DNA of 64,000 nucleotides from positions 40,920,001-40,984,000 of the forward strand of contig OX597839.1 in assembly GCA_951406725.2 (NCBI GenBank). Direction: 5' to 3'. This DNA is from Octopus vulgaris. Its lineage: Eukaryota. Of the stretch, positions 44,931-56,621 are shown in pieces; positions within the stretch are counted from its first letter, which is position 1; every line of letters starts with the position of its first letter. The translations under genes were made by a program, and so were the position numbers. The notes beneath the pieces were generated by a model. It ran no database searches, was not told the origin of the DNA, and saw nothing but the letters and a program-made list of their open reading frames with translations.

Positions 44931-45384
44931 CAGAGTCCTAGTCAAATTTTAAATTGTATAACTTCATTTTCCTATATATATGATTTATAAATTTGTGCAA
45001 AGTCTGTATTGAATGGATCTATTTCAATGTGAAACAAATTTGCTGTCGAGATTGGAAATATTCAATATGGGCCACCGACATTACTTAGATACAAACTGCA
45101 ATTCTATTCTGCATATCGACAAATAAGTTTGGCAGTTGCGCTAATATTTTGTTTCTGTTTTTCTTTTCTTTTGTATACAGGTGTATCCTGAATCGCAGAA
45201 GTCATTCTTGCCAGGAAATCTTCTATAGAACAAGGTTTAGTTGAATAAACACTCGCCTTTCTGCACATGTTCTGCCATAAAAATAAAGCTTCTGAAAGAA
45301 TATTTCAGAATTGTTTAAAGTTAGTAAATAAATAGATTTATTCCTTCCATATAAATTCTATCGTATATACTGAACAAAGGTGTT

Positions 45385-45419
<35 letters not shown>

Positions 45420-45601
45420 CTGACAGACATACAGACAGACAGACAGACAGACAGACAGATAGATGGATAGATAGATGTGCGTATATATGTGTGTGAGTGT
45501 GTGTATGTATCAAGCGTTGAACAGGCAGAATACAACAAAGAGAAAAAGTTAGACGAAAGCATACATATATATAAATGTGTGTGTATATATATATATAAGT
45601 G

Positions 45602-45654
<53 letters not shown>

Positions 45655-45671
45655 CTGTCATCACTACATCA

Positions 45672-45705
<34 letters not shown>

Positions 45706-45708
<3 letters not shown>

Positions 45709-46078
45709 ATCAAAACAGTGATGACGTCTCGTTACGCTGGACTGGCCACCTAACAGGATACAGACAAGGGGCAGATCTAATACAGCTATAGGTCGGGATT
45801 GGTCAGAATATTGATGACGTCCCGTTCTGCTTGACTAGCCACCTAACGAAACGATTGGTCAAAACGTTGATGACGTCACGTTCCGCTGTACTGGCCACCT
45901 AACAGGTGATATAAAACCCAAACAATTCACAAGGTTCGCCAGAACTGTCCAGCGGACACCGACCAAAAGTCATCACAGTTGCTCAAGGTAAAATCTAAAA
46001 TGAATTCCTCGCTCTTTCAAGAACATGAATTTTTATATTGACTGCACATCAGCACTATGAACTATTTTTTATATTGAA
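45706..46078 (+). promoter_or_regulatory. Pol II promoter-like module, probably the 5' part of a Penelope-like pLTR
   Basis: Three repeats of GATGACGTC..GCCACCTAAC, two GATTGG (CCAAT) boxes, TATAAAA near 45910, and donor-like AAG|GTAAAA at 45988. Confidence 0.5.
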
Positions 46079-46472
46079 CTAGCAGTATCGCCCGGCGTTG
46101 CTCGGGTTTGTAAGGGAAATAATTATATAAGCATTTTTAGAGATGTAAAGTATAATAGCCATCTCAATATGGCTAACCACAAAGGGGGAGGGGTGTTACT
46201 GTAGCTTTTTACGTTCTGAGATTTAATAATAAATTTTAGAGAGTTACTTCCCTTATATATGTCAAAAATGGATTAAAAATGGGAAAAATTGATGGTAATT
46301 TTTTTTTAAATCGTAGACTCATCGTAGACGCGCGCTAATACCCAGACGGTCTCGATATGAATCACGACTATAAGATACCCGGTTTTGGTTAAACTGCACC
46401 GCAAAATGTGGGAGTAGTTAGGAATCTAAATCGTAGGAGACAGACACACAACCTCACTTTTATATATAAAGA
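46079..46472 (-). mobile_element. Non-autonomous Helitron, family A
   Basis: Minus strand A|TCTTTATATATAAAAG...CCCGAGCAACGCCGGGCGATACTGCTAG|T: 5'-TC, subterminal hairpin, 3'-CTAG, A|T target, no TSD. Confidence 0.9.
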
Positions 46473-46574
46473 TTTCCTCTATTTACATAATATTGAGGTC
46501 TCTTTCTTTCTTTTGTTATCTTACTGTTTTTACCAATATACATATATATATATATATATATAAATATATATATA

Positions 46575-46860
46575 GTTACAGAGATGTACTTGCATAGCAA
46601 GTGACTTGATCTGAGATCGTGTGCTGGAACGAAAACAGTTGCAGCGTTGAAGGTGTTTATAAGCCATTTAAGAAACACACAAAAACCGTTAGATTTACTT
46701 CAACATTTAAATTTAATTTGTCAAAATATTTTCGTCGCTTTGAGACCGCGACCTGTTAGCACGATATTTTTGTCAGTGAACAGGTCGCGGTCTCAAAGAG
46801 ACGAAAATATTTTGGCAAATTAAATTTAAATGTTACAAACACCTTCCACGCTGCAATATA
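46575..46860 (+). mobile_element. Palindromic Penelope-like cassette with a G3-C8 hammerhead variant (46769-46819)
   Basis: TTTGTCA-GTGAACAG-GTCGC..G(A/C)GAC-GAAAATATTT-TG(G/A)CAAA; inverted arms about 46700-46757 and 46779-46835. Confidence 0.65.
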
Positions 46861-46874
46861 TATATACACACATA

Positions 46875-46909
<35 letters not shown>

Positions 46910-47219
46910 GTGTATATGTGTATGCATGTATGTGTGTGTGTGTGCGTGTCTGTGCTTGTGATTGTCCTCCACCACTGCTTGACAACGAATGTTGGTTTGT
47001 TTACATCCCTGTCACCTAGTGGTTTGACAAAGGAAACAGATAGAATAAGTACAATGCTTACAAAAATAAAACTGGAGTTGATTCATTAAACTACAATTCT
47101 TCAAGGCATTGCCCCAGCATGGCCACAGACCAATGGCTGGAAAAAGCAGAAGAATAAAAGAATACATTCTCTGCTTTGGTCTTATGTTCAAGGCATGAGA
47201 AAGCTTGAGTTTACATGAG

Positions 47220-47495
47220 AAGGCCTAACAGACCTGGTAGAAACAGCAGCCAAGTCTCCCTCAAATCACACCTTACTGTCTTATGTATGTATATATATAT
47301 GATCCAATGAGGGGGACCTCTACATGGTAGCTAGACCTGTTAGAAATAGCAGCCAAATTTCCCCCAAATCACACCTTACTGTCTTATCTATGTATATATG
47401 TATGTATGAGCCTATGAGGGAGACCCCTACATGGCAGCTAGACATGGTAGAAATAGCAGCCAAATCTCCCTCAAATCACACCTTACTGTCTTATA
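47220..47495. repeat. Three diverged tandem repeats of about 100-110 bp (TAGAAATAGCAGCCAAATCTCCCTCAAATCACACCTTACTGTCTTA)
   Basis: Direct repeats visible in the sequence. Confidence 0.75.
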
Positions 47496-47499
47496 TTTC

Positions 47500-48005
47500 T
47501 GCTACTTGGATATAGGTCTTATATTCGTCGTAAAAAACTTTCCTGTCACACACTCACGCACACGCACACACACACACACACCCTCACACACACACACACG
47601 CGCACACACACACACACACACACACTCACACACACGCACGTTAGCTTACAATTTTATTTATATATTTGCGTGTCTATGTGTGGAAAGAGGAAGTGGGAGG
47701 CAGAGTGAAAGAATCACTCACTACAGTAAGTCAATTACTTTCATTTTATTCGTTGCCCACTGTGTGTGTGCGTTTGCGTGTGGTGTAAACCAGACTAAGA
47801 AAAGCATTTGACGCACACACCAGAATGTGAGTTTTCTGTAAATTTTGCTTAATTGGAGTTTAAATTTTAAAAACTGGACCTGGCATGACGCGATGCATTG
47901 TACTCTTAAAAATGCTAGGTAAATTGTAATTGAAAAAATCCTATATTGTAGATTTGTATAACTCCCAAAGGGAGGCAGATAAAATCTGCCTTTTATAATA
48001 AGAGA
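47500..48005 (-). mobile_element. Helitron 5' portion, family B
   Basis: Minus strand A|TCTCTTATTATAAAAGGCAGATTTTATCTGCC; no 3' hairpin/CTAG of its own was seen. Confidence 0.6.
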
Positions 48006-48159
48006 TGCATATCACCACTATGAACCACTGCATCATACTCTATAAACATATAGCATGAACTCACTTCACTATATATGAACTTTTGATGTCTGACTCTATT
48101 GTATATTATATATGAATTTTTTTATATTTGATAGCATGAACTATCTTTTTTATATATAA

Positions 48160-48210
48160 TTTTTTTTTGATAAGGTTCATCATTTCAAGAACCGAAACAT
48201 GTTAAATAAA
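48160..48210 (+). ncRNA. Minimal hammerhead-like motif, U3-A8 variant
   Basis: TTTT-TTGATAA-GGTTC(10 nt)GAACC-GAAACATGTT-AAATAAA; palindromic stem III ACATGT. Confidence 0.6.
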
Positions 48211-48272
48211 TAATGTATATATAAAAATTAAAAATTTGTCTAATATAGCAGCATTTTCGAACTTCATTTTTT

Positions 48273-48327
<55 letters not shown>

Positions 48328-48394
48328 CACTTATATATATGTATGTATATGTGTGTGTGTGTGAATGTGTGTGAATGTGTGTGAGTGTGTGTGT

Positions 48395-48990
48395 CGTGGT
48401 GGTGGTCGTCGTCGTCGACGTGGTAGTGATGGTGGTGATGGTGGTGGTGGTGGTGGTGGTGGTGGTGGTGGTGGTGGTTGTGGTGGTCGTGGGGGGGTCG
48501 TGGGGGGTGATGGTAGTGATGGTGGTGGTGGTGGTGGTGGTGGTGGTGGTGGTGGTGGTGGTGGTATGGTGGTGGTGGTGTTGGTGGTGGTGGTGGCGGT
48601 GGTGGTGGTGTTTGTGGCTGAGTTGTCCGTATTCGTAGTCTTTGACTATGAAGCTGTCGTCTGGGTTCTTCCAATTTTTGTCGGTGGCGGAGTTGGCGTC
48701 CAATGCTCACACCTGCACCTGTGTCACTCATCCCCACCTCTACCCTCCTTCATGAAGCTGTGGGGAAGGCAGGTTAAGGAAATCAACGTCGTAAAGCGTT
48801 GTCAAGGAGACCAGCGTTCTTTCCAACGACGACTTCATGGCTTGAAGACGCCATGCTCAAAACAGAAATGGCTAAGAAAGCCGAGAGCAAATTCTACAAA
48901 ATCGGGAAACACGCCACACAGGACAGGTTTCCCGTGAAAAGAATTTGCACAACCGAATGTATTAAAATATAATACAATACGCAAGTATTA
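48395..48990. repeat. Unclassified (GGT)n-associated interspersed repeat, with copies at 52320-52810 and 53880-54370 and partial copies near 53265 and 54845
   Basis: Conserved block GAAGCTGTCGTCTGG..CCTTCATGAAGCTGTGGGG..AAGAATTTGCACAACCGAATGTATTA. Confidence 0.8.
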
Positions 48991-49274
48991 TTAAAACAAG
49001 GGAACATATAGTTTGGTGTCACTCAGTTGCTTCACCTCCTGAATATGCAAGCATGTATAGGGAATAGGAATGATACGATAATCGATCAATGAATCTTATT
49101 TAATCATGTGTCAAATACACTTTGTCCCAGATCGAAATTATAAGATAATCTTCATAACCAGACAGGTTCTATACAGGACCAAATGCTACAGCCTTTAAAT
49201 TCAGCCTCTCATTATTTGTGCATGTGTGTATGTCAGTGTCTGGCTGTGTGTGAGTGTGTGAGAGAGAAAGAGAG

Positions 49275-49305
<31 letters not shown>

Positions 49306-49926
49306 AAGAGGGGAAGAGAAAGTAAGAGAGAGAGCGAGAGAGGAAGAGAGAGAGAGAGAGAGAGTGAGAGAGAGAGAGAGAGGAAGTGAGAGAGAGAGCG
49401 AGAGAGGAAGAGAGAGAGAGAAAGTGAGAGAGAGAGAGAAAGTGAGCGAGAGAGGAAGAGAGTGAGAGAAAGTGAGAGAGAGAGAAAGTGAGAGAGAGAG
49501 AGCGAGAGAGGAAGAGAGAGACAGTGTGTGTGCGTGTGTATGTGTTAGCAAATGTGTATGAATCGTTCAATCACGTATTGGTCATTCGAGCGCAGCGGAA
49601 ACCATATTGAAGCGTTTCAGTGGAACGAATCAACCCCAGGACTTAAGAATACTTAAGTTTTTAAAGTCCCCTACATACTTCATCGGTTTCTTTGGCCGAA
49701 CCGCTAAGTTACGGGGGACATAAACAAGTTAACTCCGTATTTCAAGCGGTGGTGATAGAACTATACACGCATATATATATATATATATATAGCTTGCTTA
49801 CCAACCACATGGTTCCGGGTTCATTCCCACTGCGTGGCACCTTGGGCAAGTGTCTTCTACTATAACCTCGGGCCGACCAAAGCCTTGTGAGTGGATTTGG
49901 TAGACGGAAACTGGAAGAAGCCCGTC

Positions 49927-49989
<63 letters not shown>

Positions 49990-50388
49990 CTAGCAGTATC
50001 GCCCGGCGTTACTCGGGTTTGTAAGGGAAATAACTATATAAACATTTTTAGAGAGTTATAGCCAAAAAATAGCAAAAAAAATGCATTAAAAATGGAAAAA
50101 AAATTATGGTAAATTTTTTTTTAAATCGTTGACTCATCGTGGACATTTTTAGAGAGTTACTTCCCTTATATAATAGCGAAAAAATGCATTAAAATGGAAA
50201 AAAATTATGGTAACTCTTTTTTTAAATCGTAGACTCATCGTAGACGCGCGCTAATACCCAGAAGGGCTCGATATGAATTACGACTATAAGATACCCGGTT
50301 TTGGTTAAACTGCACCGCAAAATGTGGGAGTAGTTAGGAATCTAAATCGTAGGAGACAGACACACAACTTCGCTTTTATATATAAAGA
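49990..50388 (-). mobile_element. Non-autonomous Helitron, family A
   Basis: Same TC / hairpin-CTAG termini and A|T target as 46079-46472. Confidence 0.9.
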
Positions 50389-50535
50389 TTTCAGAAAAGG
50401 AAGAAAATGTTTCCGATACGACTTGCGAGATTTATGATACCTAAAAAGTAATTAATTTAGTAAAAGAGTAATAAATGTTTTACTGGTGAGATATAGAGTC
50501 ACGTGAACATCACGGACCGTCGTAATTCGTACTTT

Positions 50536-50935
50536 GGATATTTTCGGTTTGAACTGCAGTTTTTAATATAATTTCTAGGTAACTAAAAAATTTTTAACTT
50601 CTTATACTGGTGGAATGTGTTTATAAAACATCTTTTTCTCTTGGCTTTATTGAGAAAATTCTATAGTTTGTAAGATATTTGTTGGGGTTTTTTTCTGCAA
50701 TTTCAACCAATCACTGACGTCTATTGAGGTAAACAACATTCTGTGCCGTATGAATATGTCCCTCGTCTAAGAAACAGATTGGGTTTATTTACATTTCTGA
50801 AGAAAAAAAGATTACCCCCCCCTCTAACCCTAAAATAGATTGAAATGCAATAAGATCGATACCAGGGTTGTAATTATGGGTGACAATTTCATATGACACC
50901 GCTAGAAAAAACTGCCGTTCAAACCGAAAATATCC
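50536..50935. mobile_element. 400-bp MITE with 29-bp TIRs and an 8-bp TSD (possibly Merlin-like)
   Basis: GGATATTTTCGGTTTGAACTGCAGTTTTT ... AAAAACTGCCGTTCAAACCGAAAATATCC; flanks CGTACTTT and CGTAATTT. Confidence 0.8.
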
Positions 50936-51138
50936 CGTAATTTTCATTCACGTTTATTATCAAATCTACACAATTACAGATTACGCTTAGGATAATATCA
51001 TTTTTTTTTAAATAGAAATATTAAAATTCTCAGATTGAAAGGATTAAATAAAACAACTACTACGAAATAAAATAAAAGATATTACAAAATATGGAAGAAC
51101 TAATTAAATACAGCTATATAAGTGTAAGTATAAATCAG

Positions 51139-51156
51139 TCACTGTACTAAATAGAA
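51139..51156 (+). promoter_or_regulatory. Candidate snRNA proximal sequence element (PSE)
   Basis: TCACTGTACTAAATAG at about -53 from the U2 start, loosely similar to the TCACC-type PSE. Confidence 0.35.
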
Positions 51157-51191
51157 ATAGGTATAATATTTCTAAGCTAGGGTAAAAAATT

Positions 51192-51380
51192 ATCGCTTCT
51201 CGGCCTTTTGGCTAAGATCAAAGTGTAGTATCTGTTCTTATCAGCTTAATATCTGATACGGTCCCTATTTGGGACCATCGATATTAAACTGATTTTTAGA
51301 AGGAGGCGAAGAGTTAGGGCGTGCTCCGCCTTTGCCACGGGTTGGCCTGGTATAGCAGTACTTCCAGGATTCAGCCCATC
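51192..51380 (+). ncRNA. RNU2: U2 spliceosomal snRNA (full length, variant positions)
   Basis: ATCGCTTCTCGGCCTTTTGGCTAAGATCAAAGTGTAGTATCTGTTCTTATCAG; branch-point pairing GTAGTA; stems IIa, IIb, III and IV can form. Confidence 0.97.
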
Positions 51381-51741
51381 TCCCACCCGGGAGATATAAA
51401 CAAATTAAAAACAGACTTAATATCCTGACATCCCTTCTACCACCTTTCAGGAAGGGATCAGACCTACATTCTATGATGTCCGCTGCCGTAATTTTTATTT
51501 AATCTTAGATGTAATTACATACATCCACATCTTCTGCTGTCCACCCATCGTTTGCCTTGTTTTCCTCATACAAATAATATCCTGGAAGCTTTTCGTCTTC
51601 CGTTTTTAATACAAGGCTTGTGGTTTTGACTGCTATTTCTAATCACTCCGGTCTGTCATAGTAAGTATAAATTGCAAAGCAACAGTTAGTTACTGCAAGA
51701 TAGAAAGCCACCCTTATAATTTGCTTTTTAATTATAAAATA

Positions 51742-52075
51742 CTAGCAGTATCGCCCGGCGTTGCTCGGGTTTGTAAGGGAAATAACTATATAAGCATTTT
51801 TAGAGAGTTATTGGAAAAAAATGCTGGTAAATTTTTTTTTAGATCGTTGACTCATCGTAGACATTTTTAGAGAGTTACTTCCCTTATATAATAGTGAAAA
51901 AATGGAAAAAAATGATGGTAAATTATTTTTAAAATCGTAGACTCATCGTAGGGCTCGATATGAATCACGACTATAAGATACCCGGTTTTGGTTACACTGC
52001 ACCGCAAAATGTGGGAGTAGTTAGGAATCTAAATCGTAGGAGACAGACACACAACTTGACTTTTATATATAAAGA
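51742..52075 (-). mobile_element. Non-autonomous Helitron, family A
   Basis: Same termini; internal deletions relative to the other copies. Confidence 0.9.
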
Positions 52076-52089
52076 TATAAAGAAGATAT

Positions 52090-55000
52090 GTTTGTGTGTC
52101 TGTGTTTGTCCCCCCCACCATTGTTTGACAACCGATGGTGGTGTGTTTACGACCCGTAACTTAGCGGTTCAGCAAAAGAGACTGATAGAATAAGTACTAG
52201 GCTTACAAAGAATAAGTCCTGGGGTCGATTTGCTCGACTAGAAGGCGGTGCTCCAGCATTGCCGCAGTCGAATGACTGAAACAAGTAAAAGAGTAAAAGA
52301 TATATATATGTGTGTGTGTGTGTCGTGGTGGTGGTCGTCGTCGTCGTGATGTTTGTGGCAGAGTTGTCCGTAGTCGTAGTCGTTGACTGTGAAGCTGTCG
52401 TCTGGTTTCTTCCAATTCTTCTTTGTGTCGGCGGCGGCGGAGTTGGCGTCCAATGTTCACACCTGCACCTGCCTTGCTCCTCCCCTTCCTCCCTCCTTCA
52501 TGAAGCTGTGGGGAAAGCAGGGTAAGGAAATCAACGTCGTAAGCGTTGTCAAGGAGACCAGCGTTCTTTTAGAACGACGATTTCATGGCTTTGGAGTCTC
52601 AAAACAGAAATGGCTACGAATGCCGAGAGTAAATTTTACAAAATCGGGAAACACGCCACACAGGGCAGGTTTCCCGTGCAAAGAATTTGCACAACCGAAT
52701 GTATTAGTTGTTGCACAACTTTTACATAAAAAAATATAATACAATACGCAACTTTCGAAGGCAATATTGTATGGCGATGATACTTGTGAAATATGGTAAT
52801 AGATTTAGTAGGTGGTGGTGGTGGTGGTGGTCGTCGTCGTCGTCGTGGTCGTGGTGGTCGTGGTGGTGGTCGTGGTGGTGGTCGTGGTGGTGGTAGTGGT
52901 TGGTGGTCGTGGTGGTGGTCGTGGTGGTCGTGGTGGTGGTCGTGGTGGTGGTAGTGGTTGGTGGTCGTGGTGGTGGTGGTGGTGGTAGTGATGGTGGTGG
53001 TTGGTGGTAGTGGTGGTGATCGTGGTGGTCGTGGTGGTCGTAGTGGTGGTCGTGGTGGTCGTGGTGGTCGTGGTGGTCGTGGTGGTCGTGGTCGTGGTAG
53101 TGGTTGGTGGTCGTGGCGGTTGGTAGTGGTGGTGGTGGTGGTGGTGGCGGTGGTGGTAGTTGTCGTAGTGGTGGTCGTGGTGGTGGTGGTGGCGGTGGCG
53201 GTGGCGGTGGTGGTGGTGGTGGTGGTGGTGGTGGTGGTGGTGGTGGTGGTGGTGGTGGTGGTGGCGTCCATGCTCACACCTGCACCTGTGTCGCTCCTCC
53301 TCCTCCTCCTCCTCCTTCCCTCCTTCATGAAGCTGTGGGGAAGGCAGAGTAGGGAAATCAACGTCGTAAGAATGTGTGTAGCTCATCCTCAGGCTACAGA
53401 GCTACAATAGCAACACTTGCTCTTCTATAAAAGTCCTTGTTGCTCAGTAAACAAACATTACAGGCGCAGGAGTGGCTGTGTGGTAAGTAGCTTGCTTACC
53501 AACCACATGGTTCCGGGTTCAGTACCACTGCATGGCATCTTGGGCAAGTGTCTTCTGCTATAGCCTCGGGCCGACCAAAGCCTTGTGAGTGGATTTGGTA
53601 GACGGAAACTGAAAGAAGCCTGTCGTATATATGTACATATGTGTGTGTGTGTTTGTGTGTCTGTGTTTGTCCCCCTAGCGTTGCTTGACAACCGATGCTG
53701 ATGTGTTTATGTCCCCGTCACTTAGCGGTTCGGCAAAAGAGACCGATAGAATAAGTACTGGGCTTACAAAGAATAAGTCCCGGGGTCGATTTGCTCGACT
53801 AAAGGCGGTGCTCCGGCATGGCCGCAGTCAAATGACTGAAACAAGTAAAAGAGTAAAAGATATATATATATGTGTGTGTGTGTCGTGGTGGTGGTTGTGG
53901 TGGTGGTGATGTTTGTGGCAGAGTTGTCCGTAGTCGTAGTCGTTGACTGTGAAGCTGTCGTCTGGCTTCTTCCAATATTTCTTTGTGTCGGCGGCGGCGG
54001 AGTTGGCGTCCAATGTTCACACCTGCACCTGCCTTGCTCCTCCCCTTCCTCCCTCCTTCATGAAGCTGTGGGGAAAGCAGGGTAAGGAAATCAACGTCGT
54101 AAGCGTTGTCAAGGAGACCAGCGTTCTTTTAGAACGACGATTTCATGGCTTTGGAGTCTCAAAACAGAAATGGCTACGAATGCCGAGAGTAAATTTTACA
54201 AAATCGGGAAACACGCCACACAGGGCAGGTTTCCCGTGCAAAGAATTTGCACAACCGAATGTATTAGTTGTTGCACAACTTTTACATAAAAAAAATATAA
54301 TACAATACGCAACTTTCGAAGGCAATATTGTATGGCGATGATACTTGTGAAATATGGTAATAGATTTAGTAGGTGGTGGTGGTGGTGGTGGTCGTCGTCG
54401 TCGTCGTGGTCGTGGTGGTCGTGGTGGTGGTCGTGGTGGTGGTCGTGGTGGTGGTAGTGGTTGGTGGTCGTGGTGGTGGTCGTGGTGGTCGTGGTGGTGG
54501 TCGTGGTGGTGGTAGTGGTTGGTGGTCGTGGTGGTGGTGGTGGTGGTAGTGATGGTGGTGGTTGGTGGTAGTGGTGGTGATCGTGGTGGTCGTGGTGGTC
54601 GTAGTGGTGGTCGTGGTGGTCGTGGTGGTCGTGGTGGTCGTGGTGGTCGTGGTCGTGGTAGTGGTTGGTGGTCGTGGCGGTTGGTAGTGGTGGTGGTGGT
54701 GGTGGTGGCGGTGGTGGTAGTTATCGTAGTGGTGGTCGTGGTGGTGGTGGTGGCGGTGGCGGTGGCGGTGGTGGTGGCGGTGGCGGTGGCGGTGGTGGTG
54801 GTGGTGGTGGTGGTGGTGGTGGTGGTGGTGGTGGTGGTGGTGGTGGCGTCCATGCTCACACCTGCACCTGTGTCGCTCCTCCTCCTCCTCCTCCTCCTTC
54901 CCTCCTTCATGAAGCTGTGGGGAAGGCAGAGTAGGGAAATCAACGTCGTAAGAATGTGTGTAGCTCATCCTCAGGCTACAGAGCTACAATAGCAACACTT

Positions 55001-55437
55001 GCTCTTCTATAAAAGTCCTTGTTGCTCAGTAAACAAACATTACAGGCGCAGGAGTGGCTGTGTGGTAAGTAGCTTGCTTACCAACCACATGGTTCCGGGT
55101 TCAGTACCACTGCATGGCATCTTGGGCAAGTGTCTTCTGCTATAGCCTCGGGCCGACCAAAGCCTTGTGAGTGGATTTGGTAGACGGAAACTGAAAGAAG
55201 CCTGTCGTATATATGTACATATGTGTGTGTGTGTTTGTGTGTCTGTGTTTGTCCCCCTAGCGTTGCTTGACAACCGATGCTGATGTGTTTATGTCCCCGT
55301 CACTTAGCGGTTCGGCAAAAGAGACCGATAGAATAAGTACTGGGCTTACAAAAGAATAAGTCCCGGGGTCGATTTGCTCGACTAAAGGCGGTGCTCCGGC
55401 ATGGCCGCAGTCAAATGACTGAAACAAGTAAAGTAAA
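52090..55437. repeat. Tandem duplication (period about 1.56-1.58 kb) bounded by OK-like SINEs; full SINEs at 53463-53860 and 55045-55437
   Basis: Two near-identical units and three SINE tails. Confidence 0.9.
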
Positions 55438-55612
55438 GTAAGTATTGCACATAGAATAAGTGATATTTGATTCACAATGATTAAAATTTTCAGACCACCG
55501 TAAGGCAAAAATCCAAACTTATAAAATCATTTTACATCCATAGTAAAGTCAACTTTTAAATGTTCGCTGTTTGCATTCGTGAGACTGGAGTCCTCAACTT
55601 GATTGTTGCTTG

Positions 55613-55655
55613 CACTACGTTTCGGCTGTTGTATGCTCCAGCCTTCATCGGGTGT
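55613..55655 (-). ncRNA. Minimal type I hammerhead-like motif (Penelope-type)
   Basis: Minus strand CAC-CCGATGAA-GGCTG(10 nt)CAGCC-GAAACGTA-GTG. Confidence 0.65.
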
Positions 55656-55821
55656 CTTGTGTTGACCTCAGTTGTTGTATCAGAATTTCGAACCTAACAC
55701 TTTATTTGATCCCCAGTGATACACTGTGCCCATTGCACTTTCTGTGTCCCGTAATATTTCCTGTTTTCTCCTACCGTTAACTTTTCATCAAACGTGCTAA
55801 TGTTTCCTATTTCTTTACTAT

Positions 55822-56040
55822 CCACAAGGGACTAAACACAGAGGGGACGAACAAGGACAGACATAGGTATTAAGTCGATTATATCGACCCCAGTGCGTAA
55901 CTGGTACTTAATTTATCGACCCCGAAAGGATGAAAGGCAAAGTCGACCTCGGCAGAATTTGAACTCAGAACGTAACGGCAGACGAAATACGGCTACGCAT
56001 TTCGCCCGGCGTGCTAACGTTTCTGCCAGCTCGCCGCCTT
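55822..56040 (-). mobile_element. Deu/Nin-domain-type SINE, full length (a sister copy at 59805-60012 is nested in an OK-like SINE at 59700-60325)
   Basis: Minus strand GGCGGCGAGCTGGCAGAAACGTTAG..GCCTTTCATCCTTTCGGGGTCGATAAATTAAGTACCAG. Confidence 0.85.
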
Positions 56041-56231
56041 TATGTAGAAATATTTCTGACAGAATCTGAGAGAATCAAGTATCAAAAACCCTTTGCTACT
56101 CACTCACACTAGAGACACTATCTTCGCGTAGCACTGATTCCCGTGAAAATTTTAGTGTTCTGAAGTCAAAATCTCAACAGCAAGTGGTATTTAATTTAAA
56201 CAAGATTTTGTTGTCAAAAACAAAAAAGAAA

Positions 56232-56580
56232 AAGTGTCTTCTACTATAGCCTCGGGCCGACCAAAGCCTTGTGAGTGGATTTGGTAGACGGAAACTGAAA
56301 GAAGCCCGTCGTATATATATATATATATGCGTGTGTGTGCTTGTGTGTCTATGTTTGTCCCCCTATCATTGCTAGACAACCGATGCTGGTGTGTTTATGT
56401 CCCCGTTACTTAGCGGTTCGGCAAAAAGAGACGGATAGAATAAGTACTGGGCTTGCAAAAGAATAAGTCCCGGGGTCGAGTTGCTAGATTAAAGGCGGTG
56501 CTCCAGCATGGCCGCAGTCAAATGACTGAAACAAGTAAAGGAGAGAAAAAGAGAGTATATATATATATGTGTGTGTGTGT

Positions 56581-56621
<41 letters not shown>

